64,000 nucleotides of DNA from Desulfobacterales bacterium (GTDB lineage Bacteria > Desulfobacterota > Desulfobacteria > Desulfobacterales > UBA5852), in the NCBI GenBank assembly GCA_963674755.2, contig CAXXVS010000001.1, positions 160,001 through 224,000 on the forward strand. The letters run 5' to 3'. The notes beneath the pieces were generated by a model, which was given only the letters and a program-made list of their open reading frames with translations, had not been told where the DNA came from and did no database searches. Positions 21,752-30,973 of this stretch are shown here, in pieces. Position numbers and translations under genes: made by a program. How positions within the stretch are numbered: the stretch's first letter is position 1; each line of letters opens with the position of its first letter.

Positions 21752-22765
21752 ATGGAATACCCACAACGAATCGACACACATATATCCGAAAGCGTTTCTT
21801 TTAATGCATTATCATCTGTATTGCCAAAGGAATGGATAGTAAGAGAATTAACTGAAAGGGATTATGGAGTTGACCTATATGTGGAATTAGTAGAAAAGAA
21901 AGGAAAAGTTACTGGTGACTTAGTCGCGTTACAAGTGAAGAGCGCTAACTCAGTACAATTTAATGACAAGGGAATTTTCACTTATGGCGGCATAAAAAAA
22001 TCAACTATTAACTATTGGCTAGGGCTTCCAGTCCCTGTTTTTCTTATAGTCGTAGATTTAAGTAATAAGCAAGTTTATTGGTCTAGTGTCGAAATAAATC
22101 AAAGAGAAGGAAAGTTTATTAAGAATAATAAAACGGCCTCACTTACCCTGACAAAAGATTCAGATTTTTCAGAAAGTGGCCTTGCTCTATTCAGAATGAC
22201 CTATATACGAGAAAAGAGATGGCCTGAAATTGAAAGTGCAATAGAAAAGTCAATTATGTCGTATAACTCTCTCGGCCCATTGGTTTTAATGTGTAAGCGA
22301 AAAGGCGATAACGAATTCTGCTCAACAAGCATTCAGTACATGCTCATTCAGCACTACGAATTCTTTACGCTCTTGTCGCGCTATTTGCTACTAAAGAAAC
22401 CGAAATATTTACCATATTGGTATGATAGGCATGTTGAATATCTTAAGAATAATAAATTAGAAGGATCTCTTACTTTTTCATACAAAGTAGTAAAGGATAT
22501 GGTTAAGTATTTTGTTTGGGATTACCGTGATTGCATAATAGCTAGTTATCAATTAGTAACCGAATCACAAAAAAGCTATTTTAGTAATAAACTCCCATAT
22601 TTATATATGCATCTTCAGCATCGACCGCACACCTTTGTTATGGATGATTGGGCGGCAAGATATTATTTTGACGAATATGAAAATGAAACGACAAACCCAG
22701 AACAGCTATTTTTCCAGGATTTTGAAGAATTCGACTGGATATTAAGTGATTTAACAAAAACATGA
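21752..22765 (+). CDS. Cassette 1: DUF4365-like PD-(D/E)XK domain protein
   Basis: WIVRELTERDYGVDLYVE...VALQVKS, TINYW...PVFLIVVD. Confidence 0.8.
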   Translation: MEYPQRIDTHISESVSFNALSSVLPKEWIVRELTERDYGVDLYVELVEKKGKVTGDLVALQVKSANSVQFNDKGIFTYGGIKKSTINYWLGLPVPVFLIVVDLSNKQVYWSSVEINQREGKFIKNNKTASLTLTKDSDFSESGLALFRMTYIREKRWPEIESAIEKSIMSYNSLGPLVLMCKRKGDNEFCSTSIQYMLIQHYEFFTLLSRYLLLKKPKYLPYWYDRHVEYLKNNKLEGSLTFSYKVVKDMVKYFVWDYRDCIIASYQLVTESQKSYFSNKLPYLYMHLQHRPHTFVMDDWAARYYFDEYENETTNPEQLFFQDFEEFDWILSDLTKT

Positions 22766-22862
22766 GCCTAACAAATAGCTCCAGCGGACAATTTAAAGCG
22801 TCACTTGTTCTGCATTCGCAAAAACGTGCCACTTTAAATTGCCGCTGAGCAAGGCGTTATGT
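22766..22862 (+). other. attC: attC 1
   Basis: GCCTAAC...GCTCCAGCGGACAATTTAAAG / CTTTAAATTGCCGCTGAGC...GTTATGT. Confidence 0.9.
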
Positions 22863-22881
22863 GAAAAATTAGAGGTCACTC

Positions 22882-23508
22882 ATGGCAGATATAGAGAAAC
22901 CATCGATGCTGGAAAAAATTTCCGGAAATTTAGGTACAGAAAGTGCCTTAACAGCCATTAGTGCACTTGCAGCATTTCCTCTCGCTCCCCTTTTGCCAGT
23001 ATTATCCAATTCACTTGCAAATAGACGCCACAAAGCAAGAGTAGAAAAAGCTCTTTATGAAATAAATGAGATATTAGAACAACACGAAAAAAAATTACAG
23101 AATTTGACTGATTCTCAGTTTAAAATCATAAATGAAGTAATACTAACAATACTTCAAACAACAGAAGATTTAAAAATCGAATACCTCAAAAATGCTATAC
23201 GGTCCAATGTTGAGAGTGAAAAAGTTGATATTTCCTATTCATCGCAGATATCTAGAATCCTCCGCGATATTTCGGCTGATGAACTTCGATTTTTAGTTGA
23301 AAATGCTCAGTATTCAACAATTGTATTTGATCTTGATAACGTTGGCAAAAACGAATTGAAAGTTGAGTCAGACTCTACCCAAGGAGCTTTAGTAGTCGGC
23401 TTGATCTCGATGGGAATAATCGTATGGGCAAGTTCATCATGGGATAGCATCGGGCGCTATAAATTTTCACCAATAGTTGAAAAACTTATCAATGCAATTG
23501 GCACATAA
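22882..23508 (+). CDS. Cassette 2: hypothetical protein
   Basis: 208-aa ORF, GAGG RBS, stop inside the attC R'' site. Confidence 0.8.
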   Translation: MADIEKPSMLEKISGNLGTESALTAISALAAFPLAPLLPVLSNSLANRRHKARVEKALYEINEILEQHEKKLQNLTDSQFKIINEVILTILQTTEDLKIEYLKNAIRSNVESEKVDISYSSQISRILRDISADELRFLVENAQYSTIVFDLDNVGKNELKVESDSTQGALVVGLISMGIIVWASSSWDSIGRYKFSPIVEKLINAIGT

Positions 23509-23575
23509 CCTTTTGCTGGAGTATACGACGCGAAAACGCTATCGCGTTTTGCGCGTCTCAGCTCAACCGTTGCAG
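23503..23575 (+). other. attC: attC 2
   Basis: ACATAAC...GACGCGAAAACGC / GCGTTTTGCGCGTC...GTTGCAG. Confidence 0.85.
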
Positions 23576-23591
23576 CAAAAAGAGGGCTTTT

Positions 23592-24995
23592 ATGTCAGAT
23601 AAGTTGGGTGAAAAACATCAGTTTACTATTATTCCGGGACAACCTATTGAAGCGCCAATAATGATTGAACCTCAAGACGCGGTCCCAACTGAGCAAGAAC
23701 CTATTTTGAAAAAAGTTGGTTCCACCGTCAAAGCCTATTTGAAGGCAGCTGAAGAATTATTATCGGGAAAGTACGCTCAGATTAAAGATTATACCCCGCA
23801 GCATTTAAAAGATCCGGGCTTTGTCATTGTAATATGCTGCAATGATGGCGTAATTATAAGGTATGATAAAAAAGTTGAAGCTAAAGGAATCGGTGTTGGG
23901 TGGAATGATGAAAACTTAGGCAATTTGGCGCCATTAATTTCTGAAAATGTAGTATATTGCCATTACCCAAACCAAGACGAGTGCTTTAAACCGAAATTTG
24001 GCCCGCAAATTACATTATCTGTGACTAATGGCAAAACAGGCACATCCCAATTGTTGTCCACTGTAAAAATTGGTTTCAACATCGCCATAAAAGAATCATT
24101 TGGAAAATTACCAAAGCCACCAGAGAAGCCATACTGTCTACTGTCTGTTCAAAATTCACTCGAATTGAATATTATTGGTGAATTGGTACAAGATGAAGGA
24201 AGTCTTAAAGCTGGGCAACGCTTTTTAACTCGAACGTTAATGAGATTACCAGTAGGGTGGGAATGTATTGAAGTTTTCCCATTTCAAGATTTTAATCATT
24301 GGGATCCCCAAAACGCAGAAATTTGGGCAGAAAGAGACATTTTGGCTTCTGTTTTAAGATATCAAATGCGGGAGTCAAAATTAAATAACCTTGATCCTAA
24401 TGCTGCAGCGAGGAAACAGTTCGGAGTTCTCTTAGACTCTTATAAAAGATTGCTTGATTCTGATCCTGATAAGGAAGAGCAATTACAATCATTTTTAACC
24501 GTAAATCCTATTCTTTTATTCCCCGCCTATGTAAAAATGTGGCCTAAACTACCCATAGGTGCAAACGTAACAGATTTTGTTTTTAAAGATGCGACAGGAG
24601 ACTATCTGTTAGTTGAGCTTGAGAAGTCTACAGATAAAGTGTTTTTGAAAAATGGGCATACATCTGCGAAGCTCAATCATGCTCACGGGCAAATATTGGA
24701 TTGGAAAAGATACATAGAGGACAATCTATCGACCGTACAGCGTGAATTAGGTTTAGAAGGAATTTCGTCTAACCCGAAATCTATTATAGTTATTGGGCGC
24801 ACCAAAACATTGACAAATGATAACAGGAGAAAGCTGATTTCATTTGAAAATAATTGTCCGAAATTAAAGATAATGACCTACGATGATATTTTGGAAAATG
24901 CAAAGGCTATAATAGAGAATTTGCTTGGACCCTTTTGGTCTGAGTCAGGTGCTACAGAAATATATTATATGCCTCAAAAGCTATTATCTATGTAA
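23592..24995 (+). CDS. Cassette 3: Shedu-like (DUF4263) nuclease with long N-terminal extension
   Basis: EEQLQSFL..NPILL, TDFV...LLVELEK, LNHAHGQILDW, PKSIIVIGR, IMTYDDIL. Confidence 0.8.
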   Translation: MSDKLGEKHQFTIIPGQPIEAPIMIEPQDAVPTEQEPILKKVGSTVKAYLKAAEELLSGKYAQIKDYTPQHLKDPGFVIVICCNDGVIIRYDKKVEAKGIGVGWNDENLGNLAPLISENVVYCHYPNQDECFKPKFGPQITLSVTNGKTGTSQLLSTVKIGFNIAIKESFGKLPKPPEKPYCLLSVQNSLELNIIGELVQDEGSLKAGQRFLTRTLMRLPVGWECIEVFPFQDFNHWDPQNAEIWAERDILASVLRYQMRESKLNNLDPNAAARKQFGVLLDSYKRLLDSDPDKEEQLQSFLTVNPILLFPAYVKMWPKLPIGANVTDFVFKDATGDYLLVELEKSTDKVFLKNGHTSAKLNHAHGQILDWKRYIEDNLSTVQRELGLEGISSNPKSIIVIGRTKTLTNDNRRKLISFENNCPKLKIMTYDDILENAKAIIENLLGPFWSESGATEIYYMPQKLLSM

Positions 24996-25001
24996 AAGTG
25001 C

Positions 25002-25059
25002 TTCTAACTATCGGCTGTTGACAGACTCGCTTTGCTCGCCGCAAAGCTGCACGTTATCG
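25002..25059 (+). other. attC: attC 3
   Basis: TTCTAAC...GGCTGTTG...CAAAGCTGCAC GTTATCG; short, imperfect stem. Confidence 0.7.
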
Positions 25060-25080
25060 CGATCTGAGGCAAAGAGATAT

Positions 25081-25566
25081 ATGAACAATATCAAACAAAC
25101 ATTAGAATCATTTCTAACGAGTGAGGAATATACCAACACCTCAATACACTATGATATTAATGCTATTAAAATTAGATTACACCAAAATCAGAGTGAAAAT
25201 AGGTATATCTATTTCTACATTTATCATCCTTGGAGAATATCCTTAAATCAAAAAATTCTAAATTCATCAGGAGATTGTCCTTATAAAGAGGATAATGAAT
25301 CTCAGAAAGATCATGAAATAAAATTTATACTCTATTGTAAAAAAACTAAATTCTTAGAACGATTTCCTATAAAAAAAATTGCAATTGACAGTATATCGAA
25401 TGATCTTTCAATTGTTTGGGAAAATGGTGCCATACTTGAATCATCTTCGCTTTCATCAGAAAATTGGTCATACCATATTTATGATTATATAAATGGTGTA
25501 ATGTACGATGTGTACTACAATAGGATAGAAAAAGACACCTTCGATGTTAGCGATAGAACCAATTGA
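25081..25566 (+). CDS. Cassette 4: hypothetical protein
   Basis: ATG 25081 downstream of the attC3 crossover and GAGG/AGAG; AT-rich. Confidence 0.75.
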   Translation: MNNIKQTLESFLTSEEYTNTSIHYDINAIKIRLHQNQSENRYIYFYIYHPWRISLNQKILNSSGDCPYKEDNESQKDHEIKFILYCKKTKFLERFPIKKIAIDSISNDLSIVWENGAILESSSLSSENWSYHIYDYINGVMYDVYYNRIEKDTFDVSDRTN

Positions 25567-25583
25567 ACAAAAGAGACAAAAAG

Positions 25584-25655
25584 CGATAACAAATCGCTGG
25601 AGAATCGACGGGTAAACGCTGGCGCGTTTCCCGCGTCTCATCTCCACCGTTATAC
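25584..25655 (+). other. attC: attC 4
   Basis: CGATAAC...GACGGGTAAACGC / GCGTTTCCCGCGTC...GTTATAC. Confidence 0.85.
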
Positions 25656-25663
25656 CGAGGTAC

Positions 25664-26167
25664 ATGATGTGGATTTGGGTGGTTCCTATTGCCATGCTTT
25701 TGGTTTTACTAAAGTGGTGGCTTCGCAGGCCTATTCTACACCGTGCTGCCTCAGATCAGTTCGAGCGCTATATTGATGGTTTAAATATTCAGGCTGCCTC
25801 CGGTAGCAAACTGTTGATTGATGATTCTACATGCAGCTATGGTATTTGGATTCTTATTCGTCGGTCAAGATATAAAAGTCCAACATTATTTTTCGAATTA
25901 CCAACTTTTCATTGGCCTCAAGAAACGACGGAATCCCTTAAAAGAATGTGCGAAAAATGGAATCTCGAATTTACTTCTAAACCCCAAAAGTCATCCAACT
26001 CTGAAAAATATTTCTCAGTCCGAATACCTAATGGCAGCCCAGTGCGCGCAGCGGAGTTAGCGAGATGCGCTTTTCGTTCTGTCGGTGGATCAAATGATTC
26101 AATATATAGACTAAGGTATGAAGGGGACCTTGATTTCGAGGCTATTAAAAAAGCTTATAAAAATTAG
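25664..26167 (+). CDS. Cassette 5: hypothetical protein with N-terminal TM helix
   Basis: MWIWVVPIAMLLVLLKWWL; GAGGT RBS. Confidence 0.75.
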   Translation: MMWIWVVPIAMLLVLLKWWLRRPILHRAASDQFERYIDGLNIQAASGSKLLIDDSTCSYGIWILIRRSRYKSPTLFFELPTFHWPQETTESLKRMCEKWNLEFTSKPQKSSNSEKYFSVRIPNGSPVRAAELARCAFRSVGGSNDSIYRLRYEGDLDFEAIKKAYKN

Positions 26168-26172
26168 GGCAA

Positions 26173-26236
26173 GTATAACCTGGCGCTTGAGAAATCGACG
26201 CGCAAAATCCCGCGCGTCTCAGCTTTGGCGTTAGCC
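26173..26236 (+). other. attC: attC 5
   Basis: GTATAAC...GCTTGAGAAATCGACGCGC / GCGCGTCTCAGC...GTTAGCC. Confidence 0.9.
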
Positions 26237-26265
26237 TAAAGCATGATGAGAGCTTATCAGAAATT

Positions 26266-26784
26266 ATGTGTTATTTTATAACTATTTCAATTCCAAAAAC
26301 CGGAATAAAATATGCTCAAGAAAAGATACCACGCGAAATCCATTTGAGTGAAACTTCAAATCCATCTCTTGAGAAATTTTTGCCAAAAGACTATGTGAAC
26401 TATCTGGTCATTACAGGTGGGTGCTCATGTGATCTATTTAATGAAGATGATCTTGAAGCTAATAAAGAAGACATAATTAATAAATTAACTCACAAATATA
26501 AAAAGAAGGGTTGGTCTGAAAATAAAATAAAAAAAGCAGTCTCACAATCTATTTCCAATTCAAACACCGGTGGCAATTCCGGTTTGCGTGATGACTTAAA
26601 ATTCTTTCTTTCTGATATTGCATTGCAATTAAAAGAAATAAGAATAATAGTTCATTGGTATGGTGGTGGTGCTGTTGATCAAGAGAAAATTAAAACTAAT
26701 GAAGGTCCTACAATATCACCCTACGAATTGAGGACACAAAATATAATAAAAGAAACAGATACAATCTATAAAATCAAAGGCTAA
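26266..26784 (+). CDS. Cassette 6: hypothetical protein
   Basis: 172-aa ORF (MCYFITI, GGCSCDL), stop inside the attC R'' site. Confidence 0.8.
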   Translation: MCYFITISIPKTGIKYAQEKIPREIHLSETSNPSLEKFLPKDYVNYLVITGGCSCDLFNEDDLEANKEDIINKLTHKYKKKGWSENKIKKAVSQSISNSNTGGNSGLRDDLKFFLSDIALQLKEIRIIVHWYGGGAVDQEKIKTNEGPTISPYELRTQNIIKETDTIYKIKG

Positions 26785-26846
26785 CAAAATGATCTACCCG
26801 ACTGGGCGATAAAACGCCGCCCAGCCGGTAAGCATCGGCGTTATGT
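26779..26846 (+). other. attC: attC 6
   Basis: GGCTAAC...CTGGGCG / CGCCCAG...GTTATGT. Confidence 0.85.
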
Positions 26847-26852
26847 ATTGAT

Positions 26853-27281
26853 ATGGATGAACCCAGAATTTTTAAACTAACATGGCACTATACTGCCGTT
26901 ATATTTCCTTTGATCTTATTGGTTGCGACTATAGGTAGTGTTGAATCAATAGATCATTACACAAACAAGACCCTATATTTTGGGCCAAGAGAAATTGGGA
27001 CTCTTTTATTTACTATCTATTTATGGTTAAAATGTCTATCAGTTTCATTTGAAGTAAGGGTGAAGGAAAATGGCGAGATTACTGCCCGAAGTATGCTTCG
27101 TAAAAAGAGATTGCCAATTTCAGAAGTATATAAAGTTAGACATGGATTTTTATGTTCCAAAATTTACTTTAAAAATGGATCTTTCCAAATAACCAATTTG
27201 ATGAATAATTATTCCCAACTAATATCGATCATATTATCACATAATTCAAATCTAATAGTCGAATATGTAACCAGAAAATGA
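26853..27281 (+). CDS. Cassette 7: hypothetical membrane protein
   Basis: Two hydrophobic segments followed by a soluble beta-rich part. Confidence 0.75.
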   Translation: MDEPRIFKLTWHYTAVIFPLILLVATIGSVESIDHYTNKTLYFGPREIGTLLFTIYLWLKCLSVSFEVRVKENGEITARSMLRKKRLPISEVYKVRHGFLCSKIYFKNGSFQITNLMNNYSQLISIILSHNSNLIVEYVTRK

Positions 27282-27295
27282 CTATTGACTGAAAT

Positions 27296-27368
27296 ACATA
27301 ACCTGTCGCTTGAGAAATCGACGCAAAAACGCTGGCGCGTTTTGCGCGTCTCAGCTTGGGCGTTAAAA
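27296..27368 (+). other. attC: attC 7
   Basis: ACATAAC...GCTTGAGAAATCGACGCAAAAACGC / GCGTTTTGCGCGTCTCAGC...GTTAAAA. Confidence 0.9.
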
Positions 27369-27372
27369 CTCT

Positions 27373-27771
27373 ATGAGTATGAAAAGTATCATTCATATCG
27401 TATTGGATAAAAAGGTTGTACTATATATTTTTCTGACTGTTCATTTGTTAGGTGTGATCTGGCTGTTGGTTACTGGTGGAAATCCAGATAATGAAAATAT
27501 TCCATATAAGAAACTGCTATTATTGAAATCTGTTTCGTTCCTAACTTATCTATTGCTCGTATACTTAACACTTAAGAATATAAAATTGGTAACTTGGCTA
27601 ATGACCGCGGTACTCCTATTGACTGGCGTAGGGTCTACAATTTTAGGGATCTTTCGAATCGATTGGGAACAATATGTTGTTAAACCATATTTTGTAATAA
27701 TGGGATTATACTTTATTTTTGGTAGTATTGCTCTATTACGTAAGCCAGTAATAAAGGAAGGGCGGTTTTAA
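27373..27771 (+). CDS. Cassette 8: hypothetical 4-TM membrane protein
   Basis: Four hydrophobic helices; stop inside the attC R'' site. Confidence 0.8.
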   Translation: MSMKSIIHIVLDKKVVLYIFLTVHLLGVIWLLVTGGNPDNENIPYKKLLLLKSVSFLTYLLLVYLTLKNIKLVTWLMTAVLLLTGVGSTILGIFRIDWEQYVVKPYFVIMGLYFIFGSIALLRKPVIKEGRF

Positions 27772-27835
27772 CATCGCTCTTCAGCTGACCCGAGGGCCTC
27801 GCGGCCCCCGGGTCAGCTGAGAGCGGGCGTTCTAC
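27766..27835 (+). other. attC: attC 8
   Basis: TTTTAAC...CGCTCTTCAGCTGACCCG / CGGGTCAGCTGAGAGCG...GTTCTAC. Confidence 0.9.
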
Positions 27836-27857
27836 GAGTTACAAGGAAAGGAAACGA

Positions 27858-28442
27858 ATGATAAATGTCCTTTTATTATTGGCCCAAGGCTTTGAAGAAT
27901 ATGAAGCCAGTGTATTTACAGACGTGCTTGGATGGAGCAGAGATATCGGAGACATTCCAGTAAACGTTACAACCGCGGCACGAAGAGCGCAAATTAAGTG
28001 CACTTGGAATTTCACGGTTACCCCAGAAGCTCAGTTGGATGAAATATCGGTTGATTCTTATGATGCACTGGCTATCCCCGGTGGTTTTGAAGAGGCTGGA
28101 TTCTACCAGGACGCCTATCATGAAGATTTCTTGCGAATCATTCGTCGATTTCATAAATCGGGCAAAATCATAGCATCAGTATGCGTTGGGGCGTTGCCTC
28201 TGGCTAAAAGTGGAATTTTGAAAAATAAAAAAGCAACAACGTATCATTTGTCGGATGGCAAACGAAGGAAGCAACTTGAAAGCTATGGAGCGAATGTGCA
28301 AGATCAGCGCATCGTTGTTGATGACAATATTATAACCTCAACCTCCCCCGCTACTGCCCTTGATGTTGCTTTTACTCTATTGAGAATGTTGACGTCTCCA
28401 GAAAATGAGGCAAAAGTAAAGGTGGGGATGGGATTCTTATAA
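27858..28442 (+). CDS. Cassette 9: DJ-1/PfpI family protein
   Basis: GFEEYE, YDALAIPGG, IASVCVGALPLA, IITSTSP. Confidence 0.9.
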   Translation: MINVLLLLAQGFEEYEASVFTDVLGWSRDIGDIPVNVTTAARRAQIKCTWNFTVTPEAQLDEISVDSYDALAIPGGFEEAGFYQDAYHEDFLRIIRRFHKSGKIIASVCVGALPLAKSGILKNKKATTYHLSDGKRRKQLESYGANVQDQRIVVDDNIITSTSPATALDVAFTLLRMLTSPENEAKVKVGMGFL

Positions 28443-28453
28443 AACGCAGTAAC

Positions 28454-28514
28454 GTAGAACAATCTCTTCCAGCGGAGCGCAAAAAAACCGCGCCCGCTGA
28501 AGAGCACGTTAGCA
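28454..28514 (+). other. attC: attC 9
   Basis: GTAGAAC...CTCTTCCAGCGGAGCGC / GCGCCCGCTGAAGAG...GTTAGCA. Confidence 0.9.
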
Positions 28515-28523
28515 GTAAAAATT

Positions 28524-28877
28524 ATGAATAAATTTTCGAAAATTATAGATGCTCACGGTACTCGAAATACCGGAGACAACCTGTTAGGATTTGAAATTGA
28601 TATGGAACACTATTTAGATGATAGTGACTTGTTCAAATCTGTATCAATAAACCGACCGGACTCCAATGAGTGTATGCTCCAAGCAATCTGTAAGGTAAAA
28701 TCAAATATTGAAATAGAAGATCTAAAAAAACAAATTGAAATGATTTGGCTAAACTATTTGAGGTACTCAGAGTTTGAAGATCATGAAATTATTGCTGATG
28801 AAAAGGTTATCAAGTTAAGTTTTGTTACAATTGCCTCTGGATTAGGGGTTATTGGAGAAATTCTTTGTGAGTACTAA
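28524..28877 (+). CDS. Cassette 10: hypothetical acidic protein
   Basis: 117-aa ORF between attC9 and attC10. Confidence 0.75.
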   Translation: MNKFSKIIDAHGTRNTGDNLLGFEIDMEHYLDDSDLFKSVSINRPDSNECMLQAICKVKSNIEIEDLKKQIEMIWLNYLRYSEFEDHEIIADEKVIKLSFVTIASGLGVIGEILCEY

Positions 28878-28880
28878 TAC

Positions 28881-28967
28881 TGCTAACCCATCACTGGACG
28901 AGACCGCGAGAAGCTCAGTCGCTTTTTTCAAGGGCTGTGGCGCGGCCCATCAGTTCAAACGTTAGGC
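28881..28967 (+). other. attC: attC 10
   Basis: TGCTAAC...ACTGGA...CCGCG / CGCGG...TCAGT...GTTAGGC. Confidence 0.8.
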
Positions 28968-28985
28968 ATAGGAATACCTCTGGAT

Positions 28986-29363
28986 ATGAAAAAATCAGCG
29001 CGATCCCCGGAATTCAGGTATTACTTCTTTACCTCGAAGTATTATGAGACAGTCGCCTTCTACAGGGATGTGTTGAAGCTTAAGGTCGAGCGCTCTTGGG
29101 ATCGCTCGGACCAAGAGCGCGGCACTGTATTTGTCTCTCCGAACGGCGTCGGTTTTATTGAGGTTGAACAGGGAGATGAACTTCCTCGGATTCGTGGAGG
29201 TTTCTATATCGAAGTTGATGATATCAATGGCTGGTATGAGCGGGCGCTTGCCTCGGGAGCCAAGGTCAAAAAGAGACTTGGTGTCACTGACTACGGACAT
29301 CTCAATTTCAAAATTCTTGACCCCAGCGGGGTCGAGGTTGGCTTTTTTCAATGCGTCACATAA
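28986..29363 (+). CDS. Cassette 11: VOC/glyoxalase family protein
   Basis: VAFYRDVL, FYIEVDDI, ERALASGA, YGHLNFKILDPSG. Confidence 0.85.
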   Translation: MKKSARSPEFRYYFFTSKYYETVAFYRDVLKLKVERSWDRSDQERGTVFVSPNGVGFIEVEQGDELPRIRGGFYIEVDDINGWYERALASGAKVKKRLGVTDYGHLNFKILDPSGVEVGFFQCVT

Positions 29364-29410
29364 GTTTAGGTGCCCCGATACGTGATTCGCAAAGTCATCG
29401 TATTCGAAGT

Positions 29411-29482
29411 CCCACACAATACGCTGCACCCGACCGCCCACCTGCTTCGCAGTCGGTCGGCGGCTGAGCTTTGGCGTTCTGC
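29411..29482 (+). other. attC: attC 11 (R'' site degenerate)
   Basis: CCCACAC (AAC lost)...CGCTGCACCCGACCG / CGGTCGGCGGCTGAGC...GTTCTGC. Confidence 0.7.
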
Positions 29483-29496
29483 GTACGAATATTTAT

Positions 29497-29835
29497 ATGA
29501 AAATAATCTTTAAGGCTGAAAAAGTAGATTACAGTGAAGCCCTTGATGGAGATTTAATTCAGGTCACATTTGAACAAAGAGACTCCGAAGACTATATAAA
29601 TGATCCTCCAATTTATGTGTCAATATCAGTTCTCTATGAATTTCCACCCTATGAGCCAAGCATAGAATGGTATGACGGCTCTGAATTTAATGGTGGGATA
29701 GAAATTGAAAGTTACGAACTAAAAAATGGTTATTTTGAAATTAATTTAGAAAATGGTGATTCCTTTGAAATCGACTTTGAAGTTGATAAAACCACTTTCA
29801 AAAATATTGAGTCTTTTTTGTCAGATATTCTTTAA
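29497..29835 (+). CDS. Cassette 12: hypothetical acidic protein (weak resemblance to Imm10-type immunity proteins)
   Basis: 112 aa, very acidic and beta-rich; family guess from pattern only. Confidence 0.65.
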   Translation: MKIIFKAEKVDYSEALDGDLIQVTFEQRDSEDYINDPPIYVSISVLYEFPPYEPSIEWYDGSEFNGGIEIESYELKNGYFEINLENGDSFEIDFEVDKTTFKNIESFLSDIL

Positions 29836-29847
29836 ATGAGTGAAATC

Positions 29848-29972
29848 AGAGAACCTGTCATTTCGCTGGTACTTGCTTACAGCGTCGCTTTTTGGAGGTT
29901 GCTGTTGTATAAAATTTTTTTGAATTCACATCTGTCGCTATCACCCACCAGCCCGTGAATTCATCGTTAACA
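29848..29972 (+). other. attC: attC 12 (long, imperfect)
   Basis: AGAGAAC...ATTTCGCTGGT / ACCAGCCCGTGAAT...GTTAACA. Confidence 0.65.
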
Positions 29973-29975
29973 CTT

Positions 29976-30440
29976 ATGAAAATCAATATTCAGATTCGAA
30001 AAGCCAGACCGGAAGATAATGAAGCGGTAACGGATTTTGCATTTGAAATAATGAGATCACTGGGCATTGAACCAGACCCTGAAAATATTGATTACGCTTT
30101 GGCCACATTTGGTCTAGAGCGAGGATTCCCCCTAAGTGAATTCGTCGCCGTGGATGGGGAACAGCTTGTAGGGTCCATAATCTTGAAGCCGATCTCTGCT
30201 TCTGTTGCAGAAATGACCGGCTTCTATGTGCGGTCCAATTATCGAGGGCAGGGAATTGGGCATAAACTAATTAGGACTTTGCTGTCCGCTGCTATTGAGA
30301 TCGGATATAAACATGTTGTATTGACAACAAACTGGAATATGACGACGGCCATAAGTTTATATGAATCTTTTGGATGGGTAAGACAGTCGAAGAAGCCCGA
30401 AAACGGAGCAGACTATCTCTATTCGTTAAGCTTGCCATAG
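29976..30440 (+). CDS. Cassette 13: GNAT N-acetyltransferase
   Basis: IRKARPED, FYVRSNYRGQGIGHKL, AISLYESFGW. Confidence 0.9.
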   Translation: MKINIQIRKARPEDNEAVTDFAFEIMRSLGIEPDPENIDYALATFGLERGFPLSEFVAVDGEQLVGSIILKPISASVAEMTGFYVRSNYRGQGIGHKLIRTLLSAAIEIGYKHVVLTTNWNMTTAISLYESFGWVRQSKKPENGADYLYSLSLP

Positions 30441-30443
30441 CGT

Positions 30444-30510
30444 GTTTAACCAATGCACCGGACCGTCATTCCGCTGCGCCCCATACCAACCTGTAACTGG
30501 CGACCGACGG
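30444..30510 (+). other. attC 13 remnant (R' site decayed; right limit approximate)
   Basis: GTTTAAC CAATGCACCGGACCGTCATTCCGCTGCG has an attC-like left arm; no GTT at the expected position. Confidence 0.5.
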
Positions 30511-30532
30511 TCGCCATATAAATCGATGAAAT

Positions 30533-30931
30533 ATGAAAATCAATACATCAATTGAACAGTATAATATCAATTTTGGCTTAAAGCGTGAAGAAGTAAGGGA
30601 TATACTTGGCGAACCTTCTTCCATCGATAAAATCAAAGTTACAGATTATTCGGATTTAGAATGCTGGACCTATGACGCACATCAAATTGAATTAATATTT
30701 GATTCTGAACATTATTATCAGCTTTCAAGCATATCGTTCGCCTCGAAAAATGTTAAAGTTGAAGGTGTTGCAATAATAGGTCTAAAGGAAAAAAAGCTTT
30801 TAAAGAAATTTCCTGAGCTTTACTGCCAGGATGAAAAGGATGAAATTGGGTATAATTATGAATACCCAGGTGAGAATATGATGTTTTGGGTCTCTGATGG
30901 CATTGTTAAGCTTCTTACTGTTTATGAATAA
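30533..30931 (+). CDS. Cassette 14: hypothetical protein
   Basis: INFGLKREEVRDILGEPS motif; AT-rich and acidic. Confidence 0.75.
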   Translation: MKINTSIEQYNINFGLKREEVRDILGEPSSIDKIKVTDYSDLECWTYDAHQIELIFDSEHYYQLSSISFASKNVKVEGVAIIGLKEKKLLKKFPELYCQDEKDEIGYNYEYPGENMMFWVSDGIVKLLTVYE

Positions 30932-30973
30932 TCAAGCGGAGGCACTTAGGACGCTTCTTCCTAATTAATTTCA

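Noticed and set aside
22766..29972. Recurrent palindromes as a CRISPR array
   Set aside because: Units differ in sequence and length and are separated by whole genes; they fit attC sites, and no cas genes are present.
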